From NCBI GenBank assembly GCA_964016885.1, contig OZ024741.1, positions 409,572,001-409,636,000 of the forward strand: a stretch of DNA of 64,000 nucleotides. The letters are read 5' to 3'. The notes under the pieces are model-generated. The model was given only the letters and a program-made list of their open reading frames with translations. It had not been told where the DNA came from and did no database searches. The DNA comes from Eledone cirrhosa. Lineage: Eukaryota. The first letter of the stretch is position 1. Each line of letters opens with the position of its first letter. This document shows positions 27,547 to 41,200 of this stretch, piece after piece. A program made the translations under genes and the position numbers.

Positions 27547-27903
27547 GGAGGCACATGGCTTAGTGGTTAGAGCAACGGCCTTGCAATCGAAATTTTGTGA
27601 GTTCAATTCTCAGACCGGGCGATGTGTTGTTTCCTTGAGCAAGACACTTTATTTCACATTGCTCAGTTTACTCAGCTGTAGACTGTAGAAATGAGATGAT
27701 AGGGACTGAGGTCCCTATCATTCCACTGCAAAGTGGTCGTGGAGGTGCCACGGCAAAAAAGCACCCAGCACTCACTGTAAATGAGGTTGGTGTTAGGAAG
27801 GGCATCCAGCTATAGAAATCAAGCCAGAATCAGTTCCCGTCCCACCCTTGAAAGCAGGGAAAAGCGGACGTAAAATGATGATGATGATGATGATGATGAT
27901 GAT
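27547..27903 (+). mobile_element. tRNA-headed SINE with an RTE-type 3' tail
   Basis: A box TGGCTTAGTGG and B box GAGTTCAATTC; 3' part matches the RTE 3' UTR (GGTGTTAGGAAGGGCATCCAGC) and ends in (GAT)n. Confidence 0.7.
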
Positions 27904-27908
27904 TATTC

Positions 27909-28441
27909 GTATGGACATGTGATGCGTATGAAGGATAACAGCTGCATAAAAATGTGCAGAGCACTAGAAGTCGATGGAAGCCTTGGAGTGGGGATACTAA
28001 AGAAGACATGGGATGAGGTGATAAAAGCCGACATTGCCCAATTGCACCTCCCAAGAGCGATGACACATGATCGTGACCTCTGGCGTCACGCTGTAATACA
28101 GAAGACCTGACTCCTCACGGGTACAAGCTGAAGCTGAAGCATATAGACAATATGCCCCCATCCCCTCCCACTGTAAAGGGGACATGGAGGTGCCACGGCA
28201 AAAAATCACCCACCCCACTGTAAAGTGGATGTGTAGGCACCACAGAATAAATGCACCCAGCACTCACTGTAAATGAGGTTGGTGTTAGGAAGGACATCCA
28301 GCTGTAGAAATCAAGCCAGAATCAGTTCCCGTATGAGCAAGACAAGGTCAGCTGACTGGACACTGCCCACAACAGGACAACCCGTCTAACCCATGCTAGC
28401 ATGGAAGAATGGACGTAAAACGGTGATGATGATGATGATGA
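27909..28441 (+). mobile_element. Short 3' fragment of the same RTE family
   Basis: YGHVMRMKDNSCIK...RDLWRHAV, 3' UTR and (GAT)n tail. Confidence 0.88.
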
Positions 28442-28619
28442 GATATATATATGTATTTGATGATGATGTATTGCTTTTAAGGGTATCTTATAAACTTGTA
28501 TAAGAACCTGAAGATAGGTCACAATTTTCATCCCTCGTAAATTCTGGAGATATGGTCAATACAGGGCCTTGAAACCTTGGGAGGTGCTTTTGTTCCATAT
28601 ATGGACATAAAGTAATATA

Positions 28620-28658
<39 letters not shown>

Positions 28659-28944
28659 TGCGTGTGTGTGTGTGTGTATATATATATGAAGAGGTTGTCA
28701 TGGTTTTGACACAACTGAGGTTCCTTGCAATCCTTTGTTTGGCAAGATTTCTATGACTGGATGCCCTTCCTATCACCAACAACTTTACAGTATGTATAGG
28801 GTGCATTTATTGTGTATGTATATATATAGTAATAATTGTTTCTACTTTTGGCACAAGACCAGCAATTATCCCAGTGCATTACTGGTACTTTATTTTATCG
28901 ACCCCGTAAGGATGATAGGCAAAGTTAACCTGTAATAATAATAA

Positions 28945-29642
28945 CAAATGTGAAGACTAAAATCCGAAGAGGGCTCGATAAGGATTATATATATATATAA
29001 AACCATAGAGCAAATATTTAAAATAACAGATTAAAGTTTAAGCAAAGAATCGCTGCTTTTACCCTTAATGGGATCTTCTGAAACTAAAAGAAATCCATCT
29101 GTGGACACAGAAGTAAATATTTCGAAAAACGTTACAATCGAAGGAAAACAGGAAGAAGATACTTTGGTTCGTGAAGACGTTCCCTGGCAATGAACGAGAA
29201 AAAGGTGAGGATAATTATGTCGTTATGTGGAGCAATGAGAACAATTTCATACAAAGAAAAAAACACATTTATGGTATAAATAACCTGTCATTTTCATTTA
29301 ACAACTTTATTTACATTATTCTTAAACTCCGAAGCTGATAATCATTTGGTTATTCTGAATAGCATATTAGTCTAATGACTCCATTTATACCATAAACGTG
29401 GTTTTGTCTTTGCAAGAAATTGTTCTCATCGCTCCACATAACAACATAATTATCCTCGCTTTTTTTTCGTTCATTGCCAGGGAACGTCTTCACGAACCAA
29501 AGTATCGTCTTCCTGTTTTCCTTCGGCTGTAATGTTTTTCGAAATATTTACTTTTGCGTTCACAGATTGATTTTTTTTTTAGCTTCAGAAGATCCCATTA
29601 AGGGTGAAAGCAACAATTCTTAGCTTAAACTTTAATCTGTTA

Positions 29643-29650
<8 letters not shown>
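28945..29650. mobile_element. ORF-less fold-back remnant of Penelope-like pseudo-LTRs
   Basis: Arms ~29018-29280 and ~29384-29648 are inverted copies, homologous to 45720-46090. Confidence 0.8.
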
Positions 29651-29709
<59 letters not shown>

Positions 29710-29723
29710 TTAATATAGATGAG

Positions 29724-29770
29724 ATTCTACAGGACTAGAACTGTTTCATTCATTAGAAATCATCAGGAAT
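29724..29770 (-). ncRNA. Type I hammerhead ribozyme
   Basis: attc-CTGATGA-ttc/taat/gaa-GAAA-cag/ttctagtc/ctg-TA-gaat. Confidence 0.82.
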
Positions 29771-29886
29771 ATATATATATATGTATTGAAATTTCCGTTG
29801 GAAACAGAAAAGGTCATAGAAATGAAGAGTGCTCTATGTAAGTATCAGAGCAAAATTTAATGTATAAAATCAATACAATATAATTA

Positions 29887-29956
29887 CCTCATTACCAGAG
29901 GTTTCCCGAATGAGGCGAATACGAAATAAACGACTTCATTCGTTCGTCAGACGAGG
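29887..29956 (-). ncRNA. Type I hammerhead ribozyme
   Basis: cctcgt-CTGACGA-cgaatga..tcattcg-GAAA-cc/tct/gg-TA-atgagg. Confidence 0.8.
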
Positions 29957-30515
29957 CAATATAAAACATGGGCAAATACTTAGGAAAACACATCAAGAAA
30001 ATCAAAAAAAATATATAGATAAATGAAATAGAAATTGAAATATATAAAAATCTATCAAGAAAAATAGTTAGGTGTGTGTATGTATATGTATATACGCTCA
30101 CAGATGTGCATATATGTATATGTGCACATGTAAATGTATAGTGAGAAAGTGTGCGTAATTATAAAAATTTAGGGCAAATGTATCTATATGTCTGTATTAT
30201 ACAGACAGAAATGGTTACATCGTAAATATAAGAATATAAAATCGCGCGCATAAAATGCCTGGACACTCGTACACTTAGATGCGGAAAGAAAGGAGGTAAA
30301 GAGAGTATAATAATTAAAAGAAAAGTATCAGTCTCGATATATTTATAAAAATATAGTAACGATAAATTAGAAAGAAAAGATAGAAAGAAAAAATTAAAGA
30401 AAACAAAAAAAGGGGGGTACATACATACACAGACACGCGTGTCTCACAAAAGAAATGTAAAAATAATTATGCTTATATACACACGCGCACTTACACTTCC
30501 ATACGTTCGATACGT

Positions 30516-30552
<37 letters not shown>

Positions 30553-30750
30553 CTTATACTCGCGCATATAAACCTGTTTGCATGCCCACGTATGAAACTG
30601 AAGTAACAAAAGAGGGAAGGGGGGGGAGAAGAAAAAAAGGAACAAAAACATAAAACCGAGATGTCAAAAACACGGATATAAAGACACTTACACATACGCA
30701 TAATATATACATACACCCGCACACAAACACCTGTACACACACATATACAT

Positions 30751-30797
<47 letters not shown>

Positions 30798-31183
30798 CAT
30801 ACACGCACGCACGCGCACATACGTAGTCACTCATGTACATATATAAAAAGTATACACACATTAAGGCGTTCAGCCATATTGAAATGTGGATAAATAAGTA
30901 CAAATATAAAATTGTAAGATAGGCTGCGCAAAAATAAAATAAAAATAAAAATGAAAAATATATCTGGATTGAAAAACACAAAAGACAAGTATAATCAGTT
31001 AGTGGAGGAAAAAGGGAAGTAAAAGAAGGGGAAGTAAAAAATAGAAAATAGGAAGTGGATCGGAGAATAAAGGGGGGGGGGGGTGAAGTAAAAATAAATA
31101 AAAGTGAAAATAAAAGAAATTATTGACAAGGATAAGAATGAAAGTAAGTCAGAAAGGGTAATTAAAAAGAGAATAATAAGAGT

Positions 31184-32588
31184 TTATGGAGGATAAGTAT
31201 CTGAAAGTGTGTTAAGTTTATATGAGCTGGAAAGCAGGTGTGATTTCATGTGTGGGCAACTGGTAAAAATTTCCGTCTTTGTGTTCAGGCAGGTCTTTGG
31301 TGATTTAAGATTTTGCAATATCCAAAATTTTTCATTTATGCAGAGCGTGCATTTTCTTGTTCCTCTAGCATATTTTTTAGATTGGTTCAAAATTGACCAA
31401 TCTAGTTTATATTGGATGCCTTGGTCTTTCAAATCCCAAATTCTGCTAGCCAGAGCTGTTGTAAATTTTTTTTCTGGATGTCGAAAGGATGCGACATGTG
31501 AGTAATAACGCGTTTTGAATCTGTCTTGCGTCATACCCACATATCGTTCACTGGTGACTGGATGGTTGTTGCTGATGGTTGTCACATTAGCCGCATATAC
31601 AATGGCTTTGGTGTTGCATTTACCTTGTAATGGGCATTCACTTTTGATTCTACAGGAGCAAGTTAGATTTTCTCTAGGTGATATTTTGTTGAGGATATAG
31701 GACTTAATAGGGGGACCGCAGGAATAGCTAATTTTAACACAGTTTCTGTTAAAGATCTTATAGTATCTATGTGTTCTAGGGAAATGTTTATCTAGGAGTT
31801 CTAGGAATTTTTTGCCTACATTAGTTTTAACTGCTAGAGAGTAGGGGGGTGTGAACCAGATTATTTTTCTTTTCCTATTTTTATGTTTAATAGAGTTAGT
31901 GTAGTTAGGTATATATTTAATCGGTTCGCTAAAGCCGCTATTTTGGAGGGCTTTATTATAGTAGGGGGATGCCTTATTAAAAATAGCTTCTGATGAAGAG
32001 AGGGTGGAGATCCTACGGTTAATATTAGGGATAAGGTTTTTAAAAACTATAGGTGGATGGCAAGATCCTTTATTTATATATTTTAAGTTTTCATTAGGTT
32101 TATGGTATGGTTTATAAGAAGCAGTAGGCAAATCTAGGTTTATATCTAGGAAATCTACGTTGGAAAGGTTAGTGTCAATAGTAATTTTAAGATTAAAACT
32201 AGCAAAGGTTTTTATTAAGTCTTTCCTTAATCTATCTAAGTTATGGCCTATGGTGGTATGGGAAAGTATTAGACCATCATCGCGATAAAGCCCAAAAATA
32301 TGGTTAGGAAATTTTTCTTTAAGTGTATGTAAGAGGAATAGGCCGACCAGATCACAAACCTCGGCACTGTCATAAGAGCCCATTGAGACATCGAATGGGT
32401 TCTCTGGGTTAGATATTTTTACCCAAGTGTCATTATCATTAAAAAGTAGAGTGTTCCTAGCATGCAAGATTACATCCTCTTCAATATCGGAGATATTAGT
32501 GAACCCTCTAGCGAAATTTAAAGCTTTCACTAAAAGGGTCTGAGTAATAGATGGGTAGAAATCTACGATATCAAATTGGGTGAATCTA
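31184..32588 (-). CDS. PLE reverse transcriptase plus GIY-YIG endonuclease (5'-truncated)
   Basis: FDIVDFYPSI, MGSYDSAEVCDLVG, YRDD, FLDI, CSC..CPLQGKC, IVY..YVG, CTLC motifs. Confidence 0.9.
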
Positions 32589-33420
32589 AAATTTTAAATA
32601 AATTAAATACACACATTAGAAGTAAGTCTAAATTACTCCAATGGATAAATAGCTCTTCCGTAGTACATTGGTTTAATAATATTAAAAACAAAATCAGTTC
32701 TAGATTCACCCAATTTGATATCGTAGATTTCTACCCATCTATTACTCAGACCCTTTAGTGAAAGCTTTAAATTTCGCTAGAGGGTTCACTAATATCTCCG
32801 ATATTGAAGAGGATGTAATCTGTGGTGTGTTGTTCTATATATAGGGATTTAACATGTTTGTGGTGTGGTGGGGGGGGGGGGGGGTTTTCTCCCCCTTTAA
32901 TAAGTGTAGGGGTGTAGGTGTGTTGAAAAAATGTTAATAGCAGTAATGAGTTGAGACAGTGAGTAGGGTTGGGTGGGGAGAAATGTAGCAAGTGCGACAT
33001 GCCCCGGTCATTCTCGAAAAATTCCTTTATTCAGGGGAAAAAGCTTTTAGTATTCCTTTGTATCGAAAATGGTCATAGGCAAACCGCACCTGCCAAGCTT
33101 GTAAACAATTATTTTTTTCTGAAGAATTTTTCTACGTCCATCTCAAAATTAGTCCTTTGTTCAACACACACATATGTGCGTATATATGTACATACACACA
33201 CGGGCATATGTAGGAATATATAGGCACACACCATCAATCACACACCCATGTACATATACATCCACATACATACATAAAAACATATAAAGACACATATAAG
33301 AACACACATACACATACGTACACACACGAATATGTACTCATACCTCCACATGGGTATATATATATATATACATACATACATATACATACATATACACACA
33401 TAAAGATACATAACTAAATA

Positions 33421-33489
<69 letters not shown>

Positions 33490-34337
33490 TCATTTCCTAC
33501 TCTTAGTACGGCTGTTACTTAAATATAAGTATGTATATATATATATATACATACATGCACACATATATATATGTACGTATGGATTCACCGAACATTTATT
33601 ATAATGATCGGTGTGTTTGTAAACAAACATCCCGTATTAAGCCGTAGTGTCCAGCAACCATCGTTGCTCGTTTGTTCAACACTGACAAAGGAACGCTGTA
33701 CTAGTTTCAAGCTTATTAGCTATCGTCAGCAACGTATACCTTCCTGCCAGATTGTTGAACGTCCGAAAGTATATACTTACCTTATGCATATTAACGGCTG
33801 AGTAGCCCAATTTGCATATCGAGTGGGTTAATCGGCCGGGTGCACCGTAATCGATAAACGAAAAAAATGAAACAAAATTTCATTTCCCACTCTTAGTACG
33901 GCTGTTACTTAAATATAAGTATGTACACGTACATACATATATGTATACAGACGTACAGTAGTATGTATATATATATACATACAGCGTTCCTTTGTCAGTG
34001 TTGAACAAACGAGCAACGATGGTTGCTGGACACTACGGCTTAATACGGGATGTTTGTTTACAAACACACAGAGCATTATAATAAATGTTCGGTGAATCCA
34101 TACATACATATATATATGTGTGCATGCATGTATATATATATACATACTACTGTACGTCTGTATACATATATGTATGTACGTGTACATACTTATATTTAAG
34201 TAACAGCCGTACTAAGAGTGGGAAATGAAATTTCGTTTCATTTTTTCCGTTTATCGTTTTCGGTGCACCCGGCCGATTAACCCACTCGATATGCAAATTG
34301 GGCTACTCAGCCGTTAATATGCATAAGGTAAGTATAT
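33490..34337. repeat. Unclassified element with direct and inverted duplicated segments
   Basis: 33770-33960 is inverted at 34145-34336; 33540-33700 is inverted at 33980-34140; CTCTTAGTACGGCTGTTACTTAAAT occurs three times. Confidence 0.7.
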
Positions 34338-34907
34338 TTTTCCCTGCTTGCAAGGGTGGGACGGGTCTTATTCAGCACAGCATCTCTCCACTCGTCACAG
34401 TCCCTCGTCATCTCCACCGTGAGCTTCAATGATCTGAGGTCTGTTCTCACCACCTCCGCCCATGTTTTTCGTGGTCTACCTCTACCACGTCTTCCTTCAA
34501 CTGGCGTTTCCTGGCACTTCTTCACCCATCGGTCATCCTCCATGCGCATCACATGTCCATACCACCTCAGTCTCCTCTCCTGTACACTACATTCTATCCC
34601 TCTCAGACACAGTTTCTCTCTCAACACATTTATGCTGGGTCGTTCACGCACATTTACACTGCACATCCAACGGAGCATGCTTGCCTCATTTCTCTCCAGC
34701 CGTCGCATATCCTCTGCGGTTGCTGCCCATGTCTCACTACCATGCAGCATCGCGCTCCTCATACAGGCATCATACAACCGGCCTTTCGTACGCAGGGAGA
34801 AACCCTTCTTCGTCAACAGAGGAAGCAGCTCCCTAAACTTCTTCCAACCCGTCCTTATTCCAGATACTATGGCCTCGGAACACCCTCCTCCCATGCTAAT
34901 CTGATCT
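34338..34907 (-). mobile_element. 3' fragment of a second RTE subfamily
   Basis: [38 protein letters not shown]. Confidence 0.88.
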
Positions 34908-34949
34908 AATATATATATATATACACATATATATATATATATACACATA

Positions 34950-34981
<32 letters not shown>

Positions 34982-35022
34982 CATATATATATATATACAC
35001 ACATATATATATATATACACAC

Positions 35023-35055
<33 letters not shown>

Positions 35056-35132
35056 CACACATATATATATATATATACACACATATATATATATATATAC
35101 ACACATATATACATATATATATATATACACAC

Positions 35133-35219
<87 letters not shown>

Positions 35220-35265
35220 CACATATATATATATATATATATACATATATATACATATATATATA

Positions 35266-38200
35266 TTGGAATAAATGCTCTGAAATAGCGATATATATGT
35301 GAATATAGACATAGAATATTCGAAAATATTCTGTATGTTTATAATAAACATTTTGAAGACCTAATCGCTATAGAATAGAATACGTCACGTATTACAATTA
35401 GATTCTCGATAAAAGCAAGGGAAGTAATCTACGCGTTTCATTCTTGTTAGAAATCTTCAGGACTACATATCCAGTGCTTTTATCGAGAATGACACAGCTA
35501 GAGACTTATAGAATACTTAGCTGTGTACAGGAACTGGTTTGAAAGAGCGGTTGCCGGTCCGGCAGAAATTAGAAATTGGAATAAATGCTCTGAAATAGCG
35601 ATATATATGTGAATATAGACATAGAATATTCGAAAATATTCTGTATGTTTATAATAAACATTTTGAAGACCTAATCGCTATAGAATAGAATACGTCACGT
35701 ATTACAATTAGATTCTCGATAAAAGCAAGGGAAGTAATCTACGCGTTTCATTCTTGTTAGAAATCTTCAGGACTACATATCCAGTGCTTTTATCGAGAAT
35801 GACACAGCTAGAGACTTATAGAATACTTAGCTGTGTACAGGAACTGGTTTGAAAGAGCGGTTGCCGGTCCGGCAGAAATTAGAAATTGGAATAAATGCTC
35901 TGAAATAGCGATATATATGTGAATATAGACATAGAATATTCGAAAATATTCTGTATGTTTATAATAAACATTTTGAAGACCTAATCGCTATAGAATAGAA
36001 TACGTCACGTATTACAATTAGATTCTCGATAAAAGCAAGGGAAGTAATCTACGCGTTTCATTCTTGTTAGAAATCTTCAGGACTACATATCCAGTGCTTT
36101 TATCGAGAATGACACAGCTAGAGACTTATAGAATACTTAGCTGTGTACAGGAACTGGTTTGAAAGAGCGGTTGCCGGTCCGGCAGAAATTAGAAATTGGA
36201 ATAAATGCTCTGAAATAGCGATATATATGTGAATATAGACATAGAATATTCGAAAATATTCTGTATGTTTATAATAAACATTTTGAAGACCTAATCGCTA
36301 TAGAATAGAATACGTCACGTATTACAATTAGATTCTCGATAAAAGCAAGGGAAGTAATCTACGCGTTTCATTCTTGTTAGAAATCTTCAGGACTACATAT
36401 CCAGTGCTTTTATCGAGAATGACACAGCTAGAGACTTATAGAATACTTAGCTGTGTACAGGAACTGGTTTGAAAGAGCGGTTGCCGGTCCGGCAGAAATT
36501 AGAAATTGGAATAAATGCTCTGAAATAGCGATATATATGTGAATATAGACATAGAATATTCGAAAATATTCTGTATGTTTATAATAAACATTTTGAAGAC
36601 CTAATCGCTATAGAATAGAATACGTCACGTATTACAATTAGATTCTCGATAAAAGCAAGGGAAGTAATCTACGCGTTTCATTCTTGTTAGAAATCTTCAG
36701 GACTACATATCCAGTGCTTTTATCGAGAATGACACAGCTAGAGACTTATAGAATACTTAGCTGTGTACAGGAACTGGTTTGAAAGAGCGGTTGCCGGTCC
36801 GGCAGAAATTAGAAATTGGAATAAATGCTCTGAAATAGCGATATATATGTGAATATAGACATAGAATATTCGAAAATATTCTGTATGTTTATAATAAACA
36901 TTTTGAAGACCTAATCGCTATAGAATAGAATACGTCACGTATTACAATTAGATTCTCGATAAAAGCAAGGGAAGTAATCTACGCGTTTCATTCTTGTTAG
37001 AAATCTTCAGGACTACATATCCAGTGCTTTTATCGAGAATGACACAGCTAGAGACTTATAGAATACTTAGCTGTGTACAGGAACTGGTTTGAAAGAGCGG
37101 TTGCCGGTCCGGCAGAAATTAGAAATTGGAATAAATGCTCTGAAATAGCGATATATATGTGAATATAGACATAGAATATTCGAAAATATTCTGTATGTTT
37201 ATAATAAACATTTTGAAGACCTAATCGCTATAGAATAGAATACGTCACGTATTACAATTAGATTCTCGATAAAAGCAAGGGAAGTAATCTACGCGTTTCA
37301 TTCTTGTTAGAAATCTTCAGGACTACATATCCAGTGCTTTTATCGAGAATGACACAGCTAGAGACTTATAGAATACTTAGCTGTGTACAGGAACTGGTTT
37401 GAAAGAGCGGTTGCCGGTCCGGCAGAAATTAGAAATTGGAATAAATGCTCTGAAATAGCGATATATATGTGAATATAGACATAGAATATTCGAAAATATT
37501 CTGTATGTTTATAATAAACATTTTGAAGACCTAATCGCTATAGAATAGAATACGTCACGTATTACAATTAGATTCTCGATAAAAGCAAGGGAAGTAATCT
37601 ACGCGTTTCATTCTTGTTAGAAATCTTCAGGACTACATATCCAGTGCTTTTATCGAGAATGACACAGCTAGAGACTTATAGAATACTTAGCTGTGTACAG
37701 GAACTGGTTTGAAAGAGCGGTTGCCGGTCCGGCAGAAATTAGAAATTGGAATAAATGCTCTGAAATAGCGATATATATGTGAATATAGACATAGAATATT
37801 CGAAAATATTCTGTATGTTTATAATAAACATTTTGAAGACCTAATCGCTATAGAATAGAATACGTCACGTATTACAATTAGATTCTCGATAAAAGCAAGG
37901 GAAGTAATCTACGCGTTTCATTCTTGTTAGAAATCTTCAGGACTACATATCCAGTGCTTTTATCGAGAATGACACAGCTAGAGACTTATAGAATACTTAG
38001 CTGTGTACAGGAACTGGTTTGAAAGAGCGGTTGCCGGTCCGGCAGAAATTAGAAATTGGAATAAATGCTCTGAAATAGCGATATATATGTGAATATAGAC
38101 ATAGAATATTCGAAAATATTCTGTATGTTTATAATAAACATTTTGAAGACCTAATCGCTATAGAATAGAATACGTCACGTATTACAATTAGATTCTCGAT

Positions 38201-41200
38201 AAAAGCAAGGGAAGTAATCTACGCGTTTCATTCTTGTTAGAAATCTTCAGGACTACATATCCAGTGCTTTTATCGAGAATGACACAGCTAGAGACTTATA
38301 GAATACTTAGCTGTGTACAGGAACTGGTTTGAAAGAGCGGTTGCCGGTCCGGCAGAAATTAGAAATTGGAATAAATGCTCTGAAATAGCGATATATATGT
38401 GAATATAGACATAGAATATTCGAAAATATTCTGTATGTTTATAATAAACATTTTGAAGACCTAATCGCTATAGAATAGAATACGTCACGTATTACAATTA
38501 GATTCTCGATAAAAGCAAGGGAAGTAATCTACGCGTTTCATTCTTGTTAGAAATCTTCAGGACTACATATCCAGTGCTTTTATCGAGAATGACACAGCTA
38601 GAGACTTATAGAATACTTAGCTGTGTACAGGAACTGGTTTGAAAGAGCGGTTGCCGGTCCGGCAGAAATTAGAAATTGGAATAAATGCTCTGAAATAGCG
38701 ATATATATGTGAATATAGACATAGAATATTCGAAAATATTCTGTATGTTTTATTATAAACATTTTGAAGACCTAATCGCTATAGAATAGAATACGTCACG
38801 TATTACAATTAGATTCTCGATAAAAGCAAGGGAAGTAATCTACGCGTTTCATTCTTGTTAGAAATCTTCAGGACTACATATCCAGTGCTTTTATCGAGAA
38901 TGACACAGCTAGAGACTTATAGAATACTTAGCTGTGTACAGGAACTGGTTTGAAAGAGCGGTTGCCGGTCCGGCAGAAATTAGAAATTGGAATAAATGCT
39001 CTGAAATAGCGATATATATGTGAATATAGACATAGAATATTCGAAAATATTCTGTATGTTTATAATAAACATTTTGAAGACCTAATCGCTATAGAATAGA
39101 ATACGTCACGTATTACAATTAGATTCTCGATAAAAGCAAGGGAAGTAATCTACGCGTTTCATTCTTGTTAGAAATCTTCAGGACTACATATCCAGTGCTT
39201 TTATCGAGAATGACACAGCTAGAGACTTATAGAATACTTAGCTGTGTACAGGAACTGGTTTGAAAGAGCGGTTGCCGGTCCGGCAGAAATTAGAAATTGG
39301 AATAAATGCTCTGAAATAGCGATATATATGTGAATATAGACATAGAATATTCGAAAATATTCTGTATGTTTATAATAAACATTTTGAAGACCTAATCGCT
39401 ATAGAATAGAATACGTCACGTATTACAATTAGATTCTCGATAAAAGCAAGGGAAGTAATCTACGCGTTTCATTCTTGTTAGAAATCTTCAGGACTACATA
39501 TCCAGTGCTTTTATCGAGAATGACACAGCTAGAGACTTATAGAATACTTAGCTGTGTACAGGAACTGGTTTGAAAGAGCGGTTGCCGGTCCGGCAGAAAT
39601 TAGAAATTGGAATAAATGCTCTGAAATAGCGATATATATGTGAATATAGACATAGAATATTCGAAAATATTCTGTATGTTTATAATAAACATTTTGAAGA
39701 CCTAATCGCTATAGAATAGAATACGTCACGTATTACAATTAGATTCTCGATAAAAGCAAGGGAAGTAATCTACGCGTTTCATTCTTGTTAGAAATCTTCA
39801 GGACTACATATCCAGTGCTTTTATCGAGAATGACACAGCTAGAGACTTATAGAATACTTAGCTGTGTACAGGAACTGGTTTGAAAGAGCGGTTGCCGGTC
39901 CGGCAGAAATTAGAAATTGGAATAAATGCTCTGAAATAGCGATATATATGTGAATATAGACATAGAATATTCGAAAATATTCTGTATGTTTATAATAAAC
40001 ATTTTGAAGACCTAATCGCTATAGAATAGAATACGTCACGTATTACAATTAGATTCTCGATAAAAGCAAGGGAAGTAATCTACGCGTTTCATTCTTGTTA
40101 GAAATCTTCAGGACTACATATCCAGTGCTTTTATCGAGAATGACACAGCTAGAGACTTATAGAATACTTAGCTGTGTACAGGAACTGGTTTGAAAGAGCG
40201 GTTGCCGGTCCGGCAGAAATTAGAAATTGGAATAAATGCTCTGAAATAGCGATATATATGTGAATATAGACATAGAATATTCGAAAATATTCTGTATGTT
40301 TATAATAAACATTTTGAAGACCTAATCGCTATAGAATAGAATACGTCACGTATTACAATTAGATTCTCGATAAAAGCAAGGGAAGTAATCTACGCGTTTC
40401 ATTCTTGTTAGAAATCTTCAGGACTACATATCCAGTGCTTTTATCGAGAATGACACAGCTAGAGACTTATAGAATACTTAGCTGTGTACAGGAACTGGTT
40501 TGAAAGAGCGGTTGCCGGTCCGGCAGAAATTAGAAATTGGAATAAATGCTCTGAAATAGCGATATATATGTGAATATAGACATAGAATATTCGAAAATAT
40601 TCTGTATGTTTTATTATAAACATTTTGAAGACCTAATCGCTATAGAATAGAATACGTCACGTATTACAATTAGATTCTCGATAAAAGCAAGGGAAGTAAT
40701 CTACGCGTTTCATTCTTGTTAGAAATCTTCAGGACTACATATCCAGTGCTTTTATCGAGAATGACACAGCTAGAGACTTATAGAATACTTAGCTGTGTAC
40801 AGGAACTGGTTTGAAAGAGCGGTTGCCGGTCCGGCAGAAATTAGAAATTGGAATAAATGCTCTGAAATAGCGATATATATGTGAATATAGACATAGAATA
40901 TTCGAAAATATTCTGTATGTTTATAATAAACATTTTGAAGACCTAATCGCTATAGAATAGAATACGTCACGTATTACAATTAGATTCTCGATAAAAGCAA
41001 GGGAAGTAATCTACGCGTTTCATTCTTGTTAGAAATCTTCAGGACTACATATCCAGTGCTTTTATCGAGAATGACACAGCTAGAGACTTATAGAATACTT
41101 AGCTGTGTACAGGAACTGGTTTGAAAGAGCGGTTGCCGGTCCGGCAGAAATTAGAAATTGGAATAAATGCTCTGAAATAGCGATATATATGTGAATATAG

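Larger units (their letters stand above)
29710..32820 (-). mobile_element. Penelope-like element (Naiad-like, inferred) with a 5' inverted segment
   Basis: RT plus GIY-YIG ORF, hammerheads downstream, inverted piece at 32589-32820. Confidence 0.85.

Noticed and set aside
27547-27625. tRNA gene
   Set aside because: A and B boxes are present but there is no complete cloverleaf, and the sequence continues into a SINE body
33773-33785. ATACTTACCT, resembling the U1 snRNA 5' end
   Set aside because: Only about 10 nt match and no U1 body follows; it lies inside a repeat
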